This document shows positions 26,857 to 37,846 of a stretch of DNA of 64,000 bases, piece by piece; positions within the stretch are counted from its first letter, which is position 1, and each line of letters begins with the position of its first letter. The position numbers were made by a program, and so were the translations under genes. Source of the stretch: Acidobacteriota bacterium. Lineage in GTDB: Bacteria; Acidobacteriota; UBA6911; RPQK01; JAJDTT01. A model generated the notes under the pieces. It did no database searches. It had not been told where the DNA came from and was given only the letters and a program-made list of their open reading frames with translations. Where the stretch lies: NCBI GenBank assembly GCA_965209055.1, contig OZ242374.1:3008001-3072000 (forward strand), in the 5' to 3' direction.

Positions 26857-28017
26857 TCAATTCGGGCGGCTACCCCTATTCCGAACCGCATTGGAAGGGG
26901 CGCGGGCGGCGATCTCTCCCACCAGCCGGACCATCTCTTCCTGGTGCTCTTGGATGGATTCCACCAGTTTGAACTGGGCGCGGCAGCGATCCAGATTCTG
27001 ACCCTCCCTTCGGATCTTGAAATAGACGTCCCCTTCCAAATGGTCCGTGAGGAACCGGAGGCCCAGTTCGTAGGCGATGAGCTGTCCCGAGAAGGGGAGG
27101 TATTGCCGTTCGGTCGGGGTGAGAAAGTGGGCGGTCTCCGCAAGGTAACCTCGAGCCAGAGCTTCGAAAAGAGGCAGCTCGACACCCACTCTGGAGAGGT
27201 CGCGCTCGTCCTCCCGATGGGTTCCGGAGCCGGTCCTCATGAGGTCTCCGAAATCATGAACGGACAGGCCCGGCATGACCGTGTCCAGGTCGATGACGCA
27301 CAGCATCTTGCCGGTCGCCGCGTCCAGCAGGACGTTGTTGATCTTGGTGTCGTTGTGGGCGACCCGCTCGGGCATCCGGCCCTGCTTCCGGAGGCGGGGC
27401 AGTACCCGGATCAGCGACTCCGAGGAGTGGGCGAATCGGATCTGTTCCCGGGCGTCCTGAGCACGATTCCAGGGGTCCCGCTCCAATGCCGAGAGGAACT
27501 GCCGGTAACGGAGTTCCGTATCGTGGAAGCCGGGGATGGTCTCGTCAAGACGCGGGGGCGGCAGGTCCAGAAGCAGTTTCTGAAAGCGTCCGAAAGCGCG
27601 GGCCGCCTCGTAGGCCATCCGGGGAGAAGCGACGGTGTCATAGATCGAAGCGCCTTCGACGAAGTCGTAGGTGCGCCAGTAGTTCCCGCCAGGATCTTGA
27701 AAAAAGCTGGAGCCGTCGTTTGCCGGCACCAGGGTCAGGGAACGGCGCGTCAGATCTTCGACTCCAGCCTGCCGCAGCTTCAGCCTGATGTGCCGGGTGA
27801 CTCTCTGAATGTTACCCATGAGGGCGGCAGGATCCCGGAAGACCTGCTGGTTGATACGCTGATGAACGTAACGCTTCCGGTGCCCCCGATGCCGGTAGCT
27901 GGCGAGGTAGGTGTCATGGATGTGGCCGTTCCCGTAGGAGCGAATCTCCTCCAGATCGCCCTGCACGGCGAAACGGGAGCTGACGGTTGCGAGATCGTCT
28001 TTTTGCTGCCGGGTCAT
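26857..28017 (-). CDS. Aminoglycoside-phosphotransferase-family kinase (N-acetylhexosamine 1-kinase-like)
   Basis: GNGHIHDTY, HNDTKINN, IDLDTVMPG, GLRFLTDHLEGDVYF. Confidence 0.88.
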   Translation of the reverse strand: MTRQQKDDLATVSSRFAVQGDLEEIRSYGNGHIHDTYLASYRHRGHRKRYVHQRINQQVFRDPAALMGNIQRVTRHIRLKLRQAGVEDLTRRSLTLVPANDGSSFFQDPGGNYWRTYDFVEGASIYDTVASPRMAYEAARAFGRFQKLLLDLPPPRLDETIPGFHDTELRYRQFLSALERDPWNRAQDAREQIRFAHSSESLIRVLPRLRKQGRMPERVAHNDTKINNVLLDAATGKMLCVIDLDTVMPGLSVHDFGDLMRTGSGTHREDERDLSRVGVELPLFEALARGYLAETAHFLTPTERQYLPFSGQLIAYELGLRFLTDHLEGDVYFKIRREGQNLDRCRAQFKLVESIQEHQEEMVRLVGEIAARAPSNAVRNRGSRPN

Positions 28018-28197
28018 TCCTGCGCCCTTCCCGAGGGGCCGCGGCAATCGCCACGAATTCCGGGATTCTAGCTCCGGCGATCCCGAACGCAAAGCCGGAC
28101 CGGAGAAGACGGGAGCGAGAAGTGACGAGTGTGACGCTTTCGGCGCACCTCTTCCTCGCTCGCCCGCGATTCCGCTCTCGTCAGTCCGCATTCTCCC

Positions 28198-29658
28198 TCA
28201 CTTCTCTCCGAGTGGATACACTCGTCGGCCCAGCCGCTGGTACGTGATGGCGTCCGGACTGTGGACCCCCGGCTCCGATACGACCTGGATCTGACCGGCC
28301 CACTCCTCGTAGCCGGCCCGGAAATGCGCCGCCGATTTCAGGCCGATGTATCGCATTTTCTTGGGATCGAGCCCCAGAGTGAGAGAAAAGGCGGTGTCGA
28401 AGGGCTGCTCCCGAACGCTGACCAGCAGGATGTGGACGCCGTCGACTCGAATCCGGGCCGAGACCCCCATGCTTCCCCGCAGGCCGGCGTACATGGGACC
28501 GTTGTAGGCGAAATCTCCGTCGGAGACGGTTTCCACCACGGCCTCCACGGGAACCGGCGGTCCCTGGTTGGGGGTCGATTTGCCCCCGACCTGGAGCGAT
28601 ACGGTGGCGCCGGCGCCGGCGCGATGACAGGCCAGCGCGGATTCGTGGTCCACGATGTAGAGGACGCAGGCGTCCTTGAGCCTCTGGTCCAGAAAGGTTC
28701 TGAGCATTCCTGTGCTGTCCCCCGGAGAACCGCCGCCCGTATTGTCATTTTTGTCCGCGAAGACCGCCGGATACCGGCCCAGCATTTCCGCCTTGGCCAG
28801 GGCTTCCCGCGTGGAGGGAAGATGGTGATGCCAATCGGCCCGGCGCCGGTAGATCCACTCCGCCAGGTCGTCGGCGTGGCGTTGCGCCGAAGCCGGGTCG
28901 TTGTCCGTAACCACGTGAACGGAAGCTCCCACGTGCGGCGCGTCGGCCAAGGGAAAACAGGTGGCAATGGATGCCGCCACGACACCCGGTTCGGCCTCCA
29001 ACCGGTGCAGTCGCTCGATGGCATCGCGCATGGGCGGATGCGCGGTCACCTGGTTCAGACCCCAGAACATGGGGATCTGGGAGAGGGCCATGGTGGGACG
29101 CAAGCCCTCCCTGACGATCCGGACCATCACGTCGGCGCACTCCCGGCCCCGCGCCGCCATGTCCACCTCGGGGTAGGTTTCCCGTCCGATGAGAACGTCG
29201 GCCAGTTCGACCATGCGCTGGGAGACGTTGGAGTGGATGTCCAACTGGGCGACGATGGGCACCTTCGGCCCCACCAGGTCCCGAACCGCCGCCAGAATGT
29301 AGGCCTCTCCGTCGTCGATGCCTTGGGCCGCCATGGAGCCGTGGAGCTCCAGCAGGACTCCGTCCGCCGGAGACGCGGCCTTCATGAGGCCCAGCATCCG
29401 GTCCAGAAGGCGGTCCAGATCACGCTTGGGGACCGGGCCGCTGGGTTGGGCCTCGGCGAAAATTGTCGGCACCAGCTCGAAGCCGTGAGCTTCCGCCGCC
29501 TCGATGAACCCGCCGGTGGGGACGTTGGCGCCCCGAAACGCCGGGATGATCTGGTCGGGTTGAAGCTCCCCGAACCTCTCGCTGAAGCTCCGCAGGGTGG
29601 TGGGAACGGGAGTGAAGGTGCTGGTCTCGTGGCTGATGGTGCCCATGAGGATCTTCAT
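28198..29658 (-). CDS. M81-family metallopeptidase (MlrC-like)
   Basis: HETSTF, LHGSM, DDGE, LDIHSN, TYPEVD, DNTGGGSPGD, KSAAHFRA. Confidence 0.92.
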   Translation of the reverse strand: MKILMGTISHETSTFTPVPTTLRSFSERFGELQPDQIIPAFRGANVPTGGFIEAAEAHGFELVPTIFAEAQPSGPVPKRDLDRLLDRMLGLMKAASPADGVLLELHGSMAAQGIDDGEAYILAAVRDLVGPKVPIVAQLDIHSNVSQRMVELADVLIGRETYPEVDMAARGRECADVMVRIVREGLRPTMALSQIPMFWGLNQVTAHPPMRDAIERLHRLEAEPGVVAASIATCFPLADAPHVGASVHVVTDNDPASAQRHADDLAEWIYRRRADWHHHLPSTREALAKAEMLGRYPAVFADKNDNTGGGSPGDSTGMLRTFLDQRLKDACVLYIVDHESALACHRAGAGATVSLQVGGKSTPNQGPPVPVEAVVETVSDGDFAYNGPMYAGLRGSMGVSARIRVDGVHILLVSVREQPFDTAFSLTLGLDPKKMRYIGLKSAAHFRAGYEEWAGQIQVVSEPGVHSPDAITYQRLGRRVYPLGEK

Positions 29659-29864
29659 CGGATGTGTCTCCGCTCTACAGTCCGCAGCCGACGGCATATT
29701 TCCGGCCCCGGGTCCGATTTTTAAATTCAAGAGCATGATTTCATAAGCGTCTGATAGGCACTCCCGGCCTGGCCGGGAGGCGTCGGAGTGTGACGAAGTC
29801 TCTCTCGGGCTGGTAAGATCCGGGTGTGTTGAGAACCTGCGGAATTGCCGGTGTCCGAAACCGG

Positions 29865-30599
29865 GTGAGAGTTCGCGCCCGATTCGCATGGGTCCTGTTG
29901 TGGTGCCTCCTGACTCCCGTTCAACCGCGTGCAAGCGATTGGATTGCTCTGTACAACGGGAAGAACCTGGAGGGATGGGAGTCCGTCGGGTCGGGGTTCT
30001 GGATGCCGACTCCCGAAGGCTACCTGCTGGGGCAGTGGGATCCCTTCGATCCGCCCGACCCCGAACCCGGGCTCAACGGCATCAAGGCTCGTCTGAACCG
30101 TTCCCGGTTCAAGACCGACTTCAAGGTCGTCATCAACCAGGCTTGGCTCTACACCCGCCGGGAATTCTACGAATACGACCTCCACTTGGAGTGGAAGGTC
30201 CCTCCGGGCGGCAACAGCGGCATTGCGCTGCACGATCCGAGCCGGGGGCGCTATACGTCCGGTCCCGGGGCCGACCTCGCCCGGACTCCGTCCCAGATCG
30301 CCTACGAAGTCCAGATCGTCAATCTGGACGTGGAGCAGGATTTCACGGGGAGCATCTACATGGTCCAGACCGCCCGGGAGGATGTACGCAAGGCGGATGA
30401 CTGGAACGTGTTCGACATCGAGGTGCGCCGGGAAGTGATCAGGGTCCGGCTCAACGGACACCTGGTCACTGAAGGAACTCCCATTCCCGGCCGTCCCGAA
30501 TCGGGGCCCATCGGCATTCAGCTCCACGACCCCGGCAGCTTCATCCTGCTGCGGGACCTTCGGATTCGGGAGCTGACCCCGGCCTCGGCTCGCGAGTGA
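29865..30599 (+). CDS. DUF1080 (3-keto-disaccharide hydrolase) family protein
   Basis: LYNGKNLEGW, GGNSGI, YEVQI, GPIGIQLH. Start approximate. Confidence 0.9.
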   Translation: MRVRARFAWVLLWCLLTPVQPRASDWIALYNGKNLEGWESVGSGFWMPTPEGYLLGQWDPFDPPDPEPGLNGIKARLNRSRFKTDFKVVINQAWLYTRREFYEYDLHLEWKVPPGGNSGIALHDPSRGRYTSGPGADLARTPSQIAYEVQIVNLDVEQDFTGSIYMVQTAREDVRKADDWNVFDIEVRREVIRVRLNGHLVTEGTPIPGRPESGPIGIQLHDPGSFILLRDLRIRELTPASARE

Positions 30600-30633
30600 G
30601 GCCTCGTCCCGCCGCGAATCAGGTGCCCGCCCG

Positions 30634-31389
30634 CTAATGGGCCAGATACCCGCCGTCTATGGGTAGCGCCAGTCCGTTGACGTAAGAAGCAGCGTCGCTG
30701 CAGAGCCACACAGCCGTTTTCGCAATCTCGTCCGGAGTCCCGAATCGAGCCATGGGAATGAACTGAGTCATCCGTTCCGCACGATCGTCATCGGCCCCCA
30801 GGAGCCGGTCGGTCATGGGGGTCCGGACAGCTCCCGGACAGAGCGCATTGACGCGAATCCCCTTGGCTCCGTACTCGACGGCGGCGGTCCTGGTCAGGCC
30901 GAGCACTCCGTGTTTGCTGGCAATGTAGGCGGACATCCGGCCCCGGGAGCCGACATGGCCGGCAGTCGACGAGGTGTTGACGATGGCGCCCTTCCCCTGT
31001 TTCAGCATCTGCCGCAGTTCGTACTTCATGCAGAGCCAGGTCCCCTTGAGATTGACTTGGATGATCCGGTCCCACACCGTATCCGGGTACTCGTGGAAAC
31101 GGGCGATGGCGCCCTCGATGCCCGCATTGTTGAACGCGCAATCCAGCCTTCCGTGAAGGTCGACCGCTTGCCGGATCAGGCGCTTGACCTGAGACGTGAC
31201 CGAGACGTCGGCCTGGACAAAGGTCGACGCCGCCGGCATCATCCGCACGGTTTCGGCGCCTTTTTCCGGATCGACATCGGAGACGACGACGCTGGCTCCA
31301 GCCCGGGCGAAGGCCAGAGCGGCGGCTCTCCCGATCCCCGATCCTGCTCCGGTCACCAGGGCGACTCGGTCCCGTAGCGAATTCTTCAT
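30634..31389 (-). CDS. SDR-family oxidoreductase
   Basis: TGAGSGIG, NNAG, YIASK. Confidence 0.95.
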   Translation of the reverse strand: MKNSLRDRVALVTGAGSGIGRAAALAFARAGASVVVSDVDPEKGAETVRMMPAASTFVQADVSVTSQVKRLIRQAVDLHGRLDCAFNNAGIEGAIARFHEYPDTVWDRIIQVNLKGTWLCMKYELRQMLKQGKGAIVNTSSTAGHVGSRGRMSAYIASKHGVLGLTRTAAVEYGAKGIRVNALCPGAVRTPMTDRLLGADDDRAERMTQFIPMARFGTPDEIAKTAVWLCSDAASYVNGLALPIDGGYLAH

Positions 31390-31484
31390 CCCGACCCGCT
31401 CTCCTTTCTGGCTGGGCGTCCAGTCTCTCATACTTGTCCCGGGCCCTCATGCGGGTTCGGGACCGGGCTGATAGACTCCGGATC

Positions 31485-33149
31485 ATGAATCGATTCTCAC
31501 TTGGACTCCGTCTCCTGCCGCCGGTTCTGATTCTCGGCGTCCTCACGGCCGGAACCGCGCGGGGACAGGACGGGCCCACCGGGGCGGACTGGCCCCACTA
31601 TGGAGGGAGCTACCAATTCTGGCGCTACAGCTCCCTGGACCAGGTGAATCGGAAGACGGTGAAGAAGCTGGTTCCGGTCTGGGCCTTTCAGACCGGAATC
31701 GTGGACGGCGGACTTCAGGCCACCCCCATCGTTCTGGACGGCGTCATGTATCTGACTTCGTCCTGGAACCGGGTCTTTGCCATCGACGCCGCGACCGGAG
31801 ACGAGATCTGGCACTACTATTATGAGAATCCCCGGCAGATCGGGATCATCTACAGCCCCTGGAACCGGGGCGTCGCGGTCTCCGGCCCGCGCGTCTTCAT
31901 GGGCACTCTCGACAACTATGTCGTGGCCCTGGATCGGAAGACGGGGCGCGAACTGTGGAAGGTCAACGTCGAGGATTTGAAACAGTGCGGCTGCAACATC
32001 ACCGGGGCGCCGCTGGTGGTCAAGGACAAGGTGATCGTCGGCGTCACCGGGGGGGACTCGGCGCACCGGGGTTACCTGACCGCCTTCGATGCGGCCACCG
32101 GACGTCTGGCTTGGCGTTTCTACACCATCCCCGGTCCGGGCGAGAAGGGTCACGAGACGTGGGAGGGGGACAGCTGGAAGTTTGGCGGCGGTGCGACCTG
32201 GATGACCGGTTCATACGACCCCCACCTGGACCTCCTCTATTGGGGGGTGGGAAATCCGGCGGCCGACTTCTACGGGGGGGACCGGCGAGGGAGCAACCTG
32301 TACACCGACTCGGTCATCGCCCTGGATCCGGACACGGGAGAGCTCAAGTGGTACCACCAGCAGATTCCGCATGACGTGTGGGACTGGGATTCGGCCTACG
32401 AGTGCGTCCTTCTGGATCTCAGGGTGAATGGAAGGGACCGGAAGCTCCTCCTGAACACCAACAAAGGGGGCTACACCTACATCGTGGATCGGACCACCGG
32501 CGAGTTCATCTCAGCCTGGCCGGTGGTGGATCATCTGAATTGGATCGAGGGTGTCGGCCCGAACGGGGAACTGATCGGCCGCAACGAGCCGGTTCTGGAC
32601 AAGGCCAAGCTGATCTGCCCGTCCATCGGCGGCGGCAGGCAATGGAACCAGGGCGCCTATTCTCCGAGAACCGGGTGGTACTACACCACCGGAATCGAAT
32701 GGTGCCAGGAGGTGACGGCCCGGGAAGAGGAACCTCAGGAGGGGATGAACTTTTTCGGAGGTGTCTTCAAATTGAAGGAGGTGCCGGGAGTCGACCATCA
32801 CGGACACCTGGACGCCTACGATCCGCTGACGGGAAAGAAGCATTGGAGTTACCGGTCACCGTATCCCTTTCTGGCCTCGCAATTGGCTACGGCCGGGGAC
32901 CTGGTGTTCAGTGGTGACGCGGAGGGTCTGTTTTTCGCGCTGGACGCCATGACCGGGCGGAAGCTGTGGAGCTTTCAGACCGGGTCCGGGCACCGGGGCT
33001 CGGCCATCACCTACTCGGTGGCGGGACGCCAGTATATCGCCACGCCGTCCGGCTGGGGATCGGCGGTGGCCGGTCTCATGCCCCAGCTCTGGCCCGAAAC
33101 TGAGGATTTTCGGGCCGGGTCCACGCTCTTTGTTTTTGCTCTGCCTTGA
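31485..33149 (+). CDS. PQQ-dependent dehydrogenase (methanol/ethanol family)
   Basis: Signal peptide, repeated ATG..W tryptophan-docking motifs, WGVGNP, PHDVWDWD, GRQYIA. Confidence 0.93.
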   Translation: MNRFSLGLRLLPPVLILGVLTAGTARGQDGPTGADWPHYGGSYQFWRYSSLDQVNRKTVKKLVPVWAFQTGIVDGGLQATPIVLDGVMYLTSSWNRVFAIDAATGDEIWHYYYENPRQIGIIYSPWNRGVAVSGPRVFMGTLDNYVVALDRKTGRELWKVNVEDLKQCGCNITGAPLVVKDKVIVGVTGGDSAHRGYLTAFDAATGRLAWRFYTIPGPGEKGHETWEGDSWKFGGGATWMTGSYDPHLDLLYWGVGNPAADFYGGDRRGSNLYTDSVIALDPDTGELKWYHQQIPHDVWDWDSAYECVLLDLRVNGRDRKLLLNTNKGGYTYIVDRTTGEFISAWPVVDHLNWIEGVGPNGELIGRNEPVLDKAKLICPSIGGGRQWNQGAYSPRTGWYYTTGIEWCQEVTAREEEPQEGMNFFGGVFKLKEVPGVDHHGHLDAYDPLTGKKHWSYRSPYPFLASQLATAGDLVFSGDAEGLFFALDAMTGRKLWSFQTGSGHRGSAITYSVAGRQYIATPSGWGSAVAGLMPQLWPETEDFRAGSTLFVFALP

Positions 33150-33176
33150 CCCGGCGTAGTAGCCCGGAAGCGTAAA

Positions 33177-33261
33177 GGGGGGACTGCCGTCCCCCCTAAA
33201 CCCCCCAAGAGGGCGACTAAAAGTCGCCCCTCCCATTCGGCGGCAGGAAAGCCGCCGCTCC
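33177..33261. repeat. Cluster of three REP-like hairpins between convergent genes
   Basis: GGGGGGAC/GTCCCCCC; GGGCGACT/AGTCGCCC+CTCC; CGGCGGC/GCCGCCG+CTCC. Confidence 0.75.
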
Positions 33262-33262
33262 A

Positions 33263-35482
33263 TCAAAGGAGGTCGAAGCGGTCCAGGGTCATCACTTTGG
33301 TCCACGCCGCGACGAAGTCATGGACGAACTCTTCCTTGGCGTCGTCGACCGCGTAGTGCTCGGAGACCGCGCGGAGTTCGGAGTTGGAACCGAAGATCAG
33401 ATCAACCGGGGTCGCCGTCCACTTCAGATCACCTGTGGCGCGATCACGACCTTCGTAAATGCCCGCGGTGGATGACTTCTTCCACTGCGTTGACATGTCG
33501 ACCAGGTTGACGAAGAAGTCGTTGCTCAGGGTGCCGGGACGGTCGGTGAACACGCCGTGGGCAGAGTCCCCCGCATTGGCATCCATGACTCGCATGCCGC
33601 CCACAAGTACCGTCATTTCAGAGACCGTCAGGTTCAGAAAAGCCGCCTTCTCCACCAGCCTCTCCGCTGGAGATCTGGGATTTCCGCTGGCGAAGTAGTT
33701 GCGGAATCCATCCGCGGTGGGCTCGAGCAGGGCAAAGGAGTCGGAGTCGGTCTGTCCCTGCGAGGCGTCCGTACGCCCGGGTGCAAAGGGAACATTCACG
33801 TCGACCCCGGCTTTGGAAGCGGCCTGCTCAATGGCGGCAGCGCCGCCGAGAACCACCAGGTCGGCCAACGAAACCCGTTTGCCGGATTGCGAGCTGTTGA
33901 AATCCTTGCGAATTCCCTCCAGGGTCTTCAACACGCGGCCGAGTTCGGCCGGATCGTTTGCCGCCCAGTCCTTCTGCGGCGCCAGACGGATACGTCCACC
34001 ATTGGCGCCGCCGCGCATGTCGGTCCCGCGGTAAGTGGATGCCGAGGCCCAGGCGGCCCGGACCAATTCAGCGGTAGAAAGCCCGGAGGCCAGCACCTTG
34101 GCTTTCAGCGCGGTTGCGTCCTTTGCATCGATCAAGGCGTGATCGGCTTCAGGAACCGGGTCCTGCCAGACGAATTCCCGGTCCGGCGCCAGATCGCCGA
34201 GGTAACGCGACCTGGGACCCAGGTCGCGGTGAATCAGCTTGAACCACGCCCGGGCGAAGGCGTCTTCGAACTCTTTCGGGTTCTTGAGCCAACGCGAAGT
34301 GATCTCGCGATAGGACGGGTCGACCTTTAGAGCCAGGTCGGTGGTGAGCATCATCGGCGCGTGCCGTTTCGACGGATCGTGGGCGTCCGGGACCAAGTCC
34401 GCCGCGGCGCCGCCGGCGGGCTTCCACTGGGTGGCGCCGCCGGGGCTCCGAGTCTGCTCCCACTCAAAACCATACAGGTTCGTGAGGAATTCGTGAGTCC
34501 ATTCCGCGGGACGACTCGTCCATGCACCTTCCAGGCCGCTGGTGATCGTGTCGCCGCGATTGCCGGTTCCGTATTTGTTTTTCCAGCCGAAACCTTGGGC
34601 TTCGATATCCCCGGCCTCCGGCTCGACACCGACGTACTTGGACGGATCAGCGGCGCCATGGGCCTTGCCGAAGGTATGGCCGCCGGCAATCAGCGCGACG
34701 GTCTCTTCATCATTCATTCCCATGCGGCCGAAAGCCTCACGTATGGCGTGAGCGGCCGCCTGCGGATCGGCATTGCCGCCCGGGCCCTGAGGATTCACGT
34801 AGATCAGGCCCATCTGCGTCGCGCCGAAAGGATGATTCAGATCTCCTTTCTCATTGCGCCGGTCGAAGGCGAGCCACTCGCCCTCGGGCCCCCAGTTCAC
34901 TTCTTCGGCTTGCCAGGCATCGACACGGCCACCCGCGAAACCCAGGGTCTTGAAGCCCATGGACTCCATGGCGACGTCACCCGCCAGGATCAGCAGGTCG
35001 GCCCAGGAGATCTTGCGGCCGTACTGCTGCTTGATGGGCCAGAGCAATCGCGTCGCTTTTTCCAGGTTTGCGTTGTCGGGCCAACTGTTGAGGGGCGCGA
35101 AGCGTTGCAGGCCGCCGTCAGCGCCACCCCGCCCGTCGAGGGTTCGATAGGTGCCCGCGCTGTGCCAGGCCATGCGAATGAAAAACGGTCCGTAGTGGCC
35201 GTAGTCCGCCGGCCACCAGTCCTGGGATGTCGTCATCAGTTTTTTGAGATTCGCCTTCAACACGTGCAGGTCGAGACTGTTGAACTCTTTCCGATAGTCG
35301 AAGTCTCTGCTGGGGGGACCGGATTCCGCGGACCGTTGCCGCAGTGGTTCGAGGCTCAGCCGGTTGGGCCACCAATAGTCATTGTCCGGTGCCTCGTCCT
35401 TGGCTCCCGCCATGCTGATCGGGACGACCGGAGAGATCCCGATCGTCAGCATCACAATCACGGATATGGTTCGTCTAAGCAT
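33263..35482 (-). CDS. katG: Catalase-peroxidase with N-terminal signal peptide
   Basis: [38 protein letters not shown], duplicated C-terminal domain. Confidence 0.97.
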   Translation of the reverse strand: MLRRTISVIVMLTIGISPVVPISMAGAKDEAPDNDYWWPNRLSLEPLRQRSAESGPPSRDFDYRKEFNSLDLHVLKANLKKLMTTSQDWWPADYGHYGPFFIRMAWHSAGTYRTLDGRGGADGGLQRFAPLNSWPDNANLEKATRLLWPIKQQYGRKISWADLLILAGDVAMESMGFKTLGFAGGRVDAWQAEEVNWGPEGEWLAFDRRNEKGDLNHPFGATQMGLIYVNPQGPGGNADPQAAAHAIREAFGRMGMNDEETVALIAGGHTFGKAHGAADPSKYVGVEPEAGDIEAQGFGWKNKYGTGNRGDTITSGLEGAWTSRPAEWTHEFLTNLYGFEWEQTRSPGGATQWKPAGGAAADLVPDAHDPSKRHAPMMLTTDLALKVDPSYREITSRWLKNPKEFEDAFARAWFKLIHRDLGPRSRYLGDLAPDREFVWQDPVPEADHALIDAKDATALKAKVLASGLSTAELVRAAWASASTYRGTDMRGGANGGRIRLAPQKDWAANDPAELGRVLKTLEGIRKDFNSSQSGKRVSLADLVVLGGAAAIEQAASKAGVDVNVPFAPGRTDASQGQTDSDSFALLEPTADGFRNYFASGNPRSPAERLVEKAAFLNLTVSEMTVLVGGMRVMDANAGDSAHGVFTDRPGTLSNDFFVNLVDMSTQWKKSSTAGIYEGRDRATGDLKWTATPVDLIFGSNSELRAVSEHYAVDDAKEEFVHDFVAAWTKVMTLDRFDLL

Positions 35483-35831
35483 TTAAGTCGTCTCCTGTGG
35501 GTGGTTCGCTTTGGTTTGGCCTCGTTGTCGGGTTGAGGCCAACTGATTCGAGCTTTCTGGTGTCGGTCTTCCCTTGGCGGGCCAAGGGATTCAAGGCCGG
35601 AGGGTTGGTTCCGGCCCCGGATTTCGTCACTTCGCACCACTTCATTCCTGTCCTGTATCCTGTCGAAATTTTACCACGAAGCCGCTTCGCGTACCGTCCG
35701 CGGGCGCGATTGCGCCGGGCGAAGCCCTTGACCTCACATTGGTTGCAGCGTACGGTTGGTCCGCTGAAATCCTGAAGAAAATGCCCTCCGCGAATCGCTG
35801 GCTCTCAGCAGCGGCGGGCCGCGAACGCTCC

Positions 35832-36617
35832 ATGATCTGGTTGCTCCTGTTACTGGCACAGAGTTCCCCTGATCCGGATTTGGTCTCTCGGGGCGAGGTC
35901 GTGTTCGCTCAGAGTTGCGCCACCGGGTACTGCCATGGTTCGGCCGGCACGGCGGGCCGGGGGCCTCGGCTTCGAGGCACGGAACTCAGCCGCGATCGGA
36001 TTCTGGAAGCCACTCGCGAGGGGATCCCCCGGTCGGCCATGCCGGGCTGGGAGGGGAAGTTGAGCGAGACGGACCTGTCGGCGGTGGTGGAGTATGTGTG
36101 GAGTCTGGCCATGGACGCTCGTGAACCGCCGGCGGACGAGTCCATGCCTCCCGGAACCGGTCCGGCGGTTTTCGTTGGATTCGGCGGGCCGGAGCACGTG
36201 TCCCGCGGGCGGGACCTGTTCTTCGATGCGACGCGGGATGCCCGTTGCGGGACCTGTCACGAGGCCGGCGGTCGAGGCATTCCCGTCGGTCCCGACCTGC
36301 TGGCGCTGGGGGAAGGGCTCGGCGCCACCTTGGTGGGAAGGACCAGGAGCCGCCGTGCCACTCACGTCCTGCGGGCGCAGCTCACGGACGGCCAGAGCTT
36401 TGCCGCTCTGAGAGTCGCTCAGGAGGAAGACCGGGTCCGGCTTTTTGACCTCACAACGATTCCTCCCGTCTTGCGCACGCTCCGGCCGGACGAGATCGAG
36501 TCCCTGGCCCAGGATGGAAAATGGGAACATCGGACCGTCTCCACCGAGTACAGCGACGACGAATTGAGAGCCATCGTCGACTATCTGGACTGGCTCAATG
36601 CAAGCAAGTCCGAATAG
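35832..36617 (+). CDS. Two-domain c-type cytochrome
   Basis: CATGYCH ... SAMPGW and CGTCH ... VGPDL. Confidence 0.85.
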   Translation: MIWLLLLLAQSSPDPDLVSRGEVVFAQSCATGYCHGSAGTAGRGPRLRGTELSRDRILEATREGIPRSAMPGWEGKLSETDLSAVVEYVWSLAMDAREPPADESMPPGTGPAVFVGFGGPEHVSRGRDLFFDATRDARCGTCHEAGGRGIPVGPDLLALGEGLGATLVGRTRSRRATHVLRAQLTDGQSFAALRVAQEEDRVRLFDLTTIPPVLRTLRPDEIESLAQDGKWEHRTVSTEYSDDELRAIVDYLDWLNASKSE

Positions 36618-36716
36618 CGGTCTGCCGCCTTTTCCCCCGTGAGGTGAAGTGTGCGGAGAAGCCGATCCCGCCCTCGGCCGATTGATCCGTAAGGGGAGGA
36701 TTTCCGGGGCGGCGCG

Positions 36717-36917
36717 TCACTTGACGCGGCGAAGAACCGTCCGGCCCTGAACTTGCGTCAGCTCGGTCCGGTAGTGCCGAATCTGTTGCAGGAGTTCGTC
36801 CCGGCGGATCTCAAGGCGGTCCAGGTCACTTTGGATATTCTCCAACTCCGCCTCGAGGATGCAGAGTTGGAGTTGAAGAGGTAAAGCCGCTTCCGGGCCC
36901 GAGGTCTTGTGACTCAT
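36717..36917 (-). CDS. Small coiled-coil hypothetical protein
   Basis: ATGA overlap with upstream gene; heptad pattern. Confidence 0.6.
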   Translation of the reverse strand: MSHKTSGPEAALPLQLQLCILEAELENIQSDLDRLEIRRDELLQQIRHYRTELTQVQGRTVLRRVK

Positions 36918-37846
36918 GGATTCGATTCCGCCGCATAATACCCCTCACGGTGCCTGACTTTCAACCCGGAGCGAGCCAGCGAAACCCGTATCTTGCGGAA
37001 TGATCCGTCGGCCTTGGCGTTGGAGGAGACGTAGCCGAGGCTGTACTGATTGCCCAAATCCCTCCGGATGCCGTTGAAGGCTTGGCGGAGACGTTTCAGG
37101 TTGGCCTTGGAGTTGACGAAACGGCCTCCGGTGGCCCGGGCGAAGCGCTTCAGCTTCTCGAAATCCGCGTCGAAACCGGAACTCTTCACGCCGATTCCGT
37201 AGATCACCACATCGTGGGATTGGGCCGTCCGAATCGCCCGTTCCCATGAAACGGCGCTCCGGGTGTCGGCGCCGTCGGAGAGCACCAACAGGATTCGCCG
37301 TCCGTCCCGGTGCCGCAACAGATCCCTGACCGTCACCCAGATGGCGTCATAAAGCCGGGTGGCGCCTTCGGCCCGAACCTCCATGATGGCCTCCGCGAGT
37401 TGCGATGGCTCGGCGCTGAAATCGTGGAGGAGCCGGACATCACTGTCGAACTGGACCACCGCTCCCGACTCCCCTCCCCGTGTCAGGACCTCGCCGAAGA
37501 ACTCGATGGCGGCCTTCTGCTCGAACGCCAACTTGTCCTTGACGCTGGCACTGGAATCCATGACCAGCGCGACGGACAAGGACCGTTCCGTCCCCGCTTT
37601 CTCTCGATGGAAAAACAGAAGTTCCTGCCGGACTCCGTCTTCATAGACCTGGAAGTCGCGCCGCGTCAGGCCCTCCACGTAGCGGCCCCGCCGGTCCCGG
37701 ACGATGCAGGAGACGTCCACCACGTCGACCTTGGCCCGGAAGGACGGGCGCTGCTGTCCGCCGGCGGTCCAGGAGGCGCCGAGGAACAGGGCCGTTCCAA
37801 AGAGGGCGGAGATCCAAACGGAGCAAGGCCTGATCCGGTCCTTCAC
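36914..37846 (-). CDS. VWA-domain protein (acidobacterial type)
   Basis: FRAKVDVV, DFQVYEDGVRQ, MDSSASV, TRLYDA, LSDGAD, QYSLGY, RHREGY. Confidence 0.92.
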   Translation of the reverse strand: MKDRIRPCSVWISALFGTALFLGASWTAGGQQRPSFRAKVDVVDVSCIVRDRRGRYVEGLTRRDFQVYEDGVRQELLFFHREKAGTERSLSVALVMDSSASVKDKLAFEQKAAIEFFGEVLTRGGESGAVVQFDSDVRLLHDFSAEPSQLAEAIMEVRAEGATRLYDAIWVTVRDLLRHRDGRRILLVLSDGADTRSAVSWERAIRTAQSHDVVIYGIGVKSSGFDADFEKLKRFARATGGRFVNSKANLKRLRQAFNGIRRDLGNQYSLGYVSSNAKADGSFRKIRVSLARSGLKVRHREGYYAAESNP

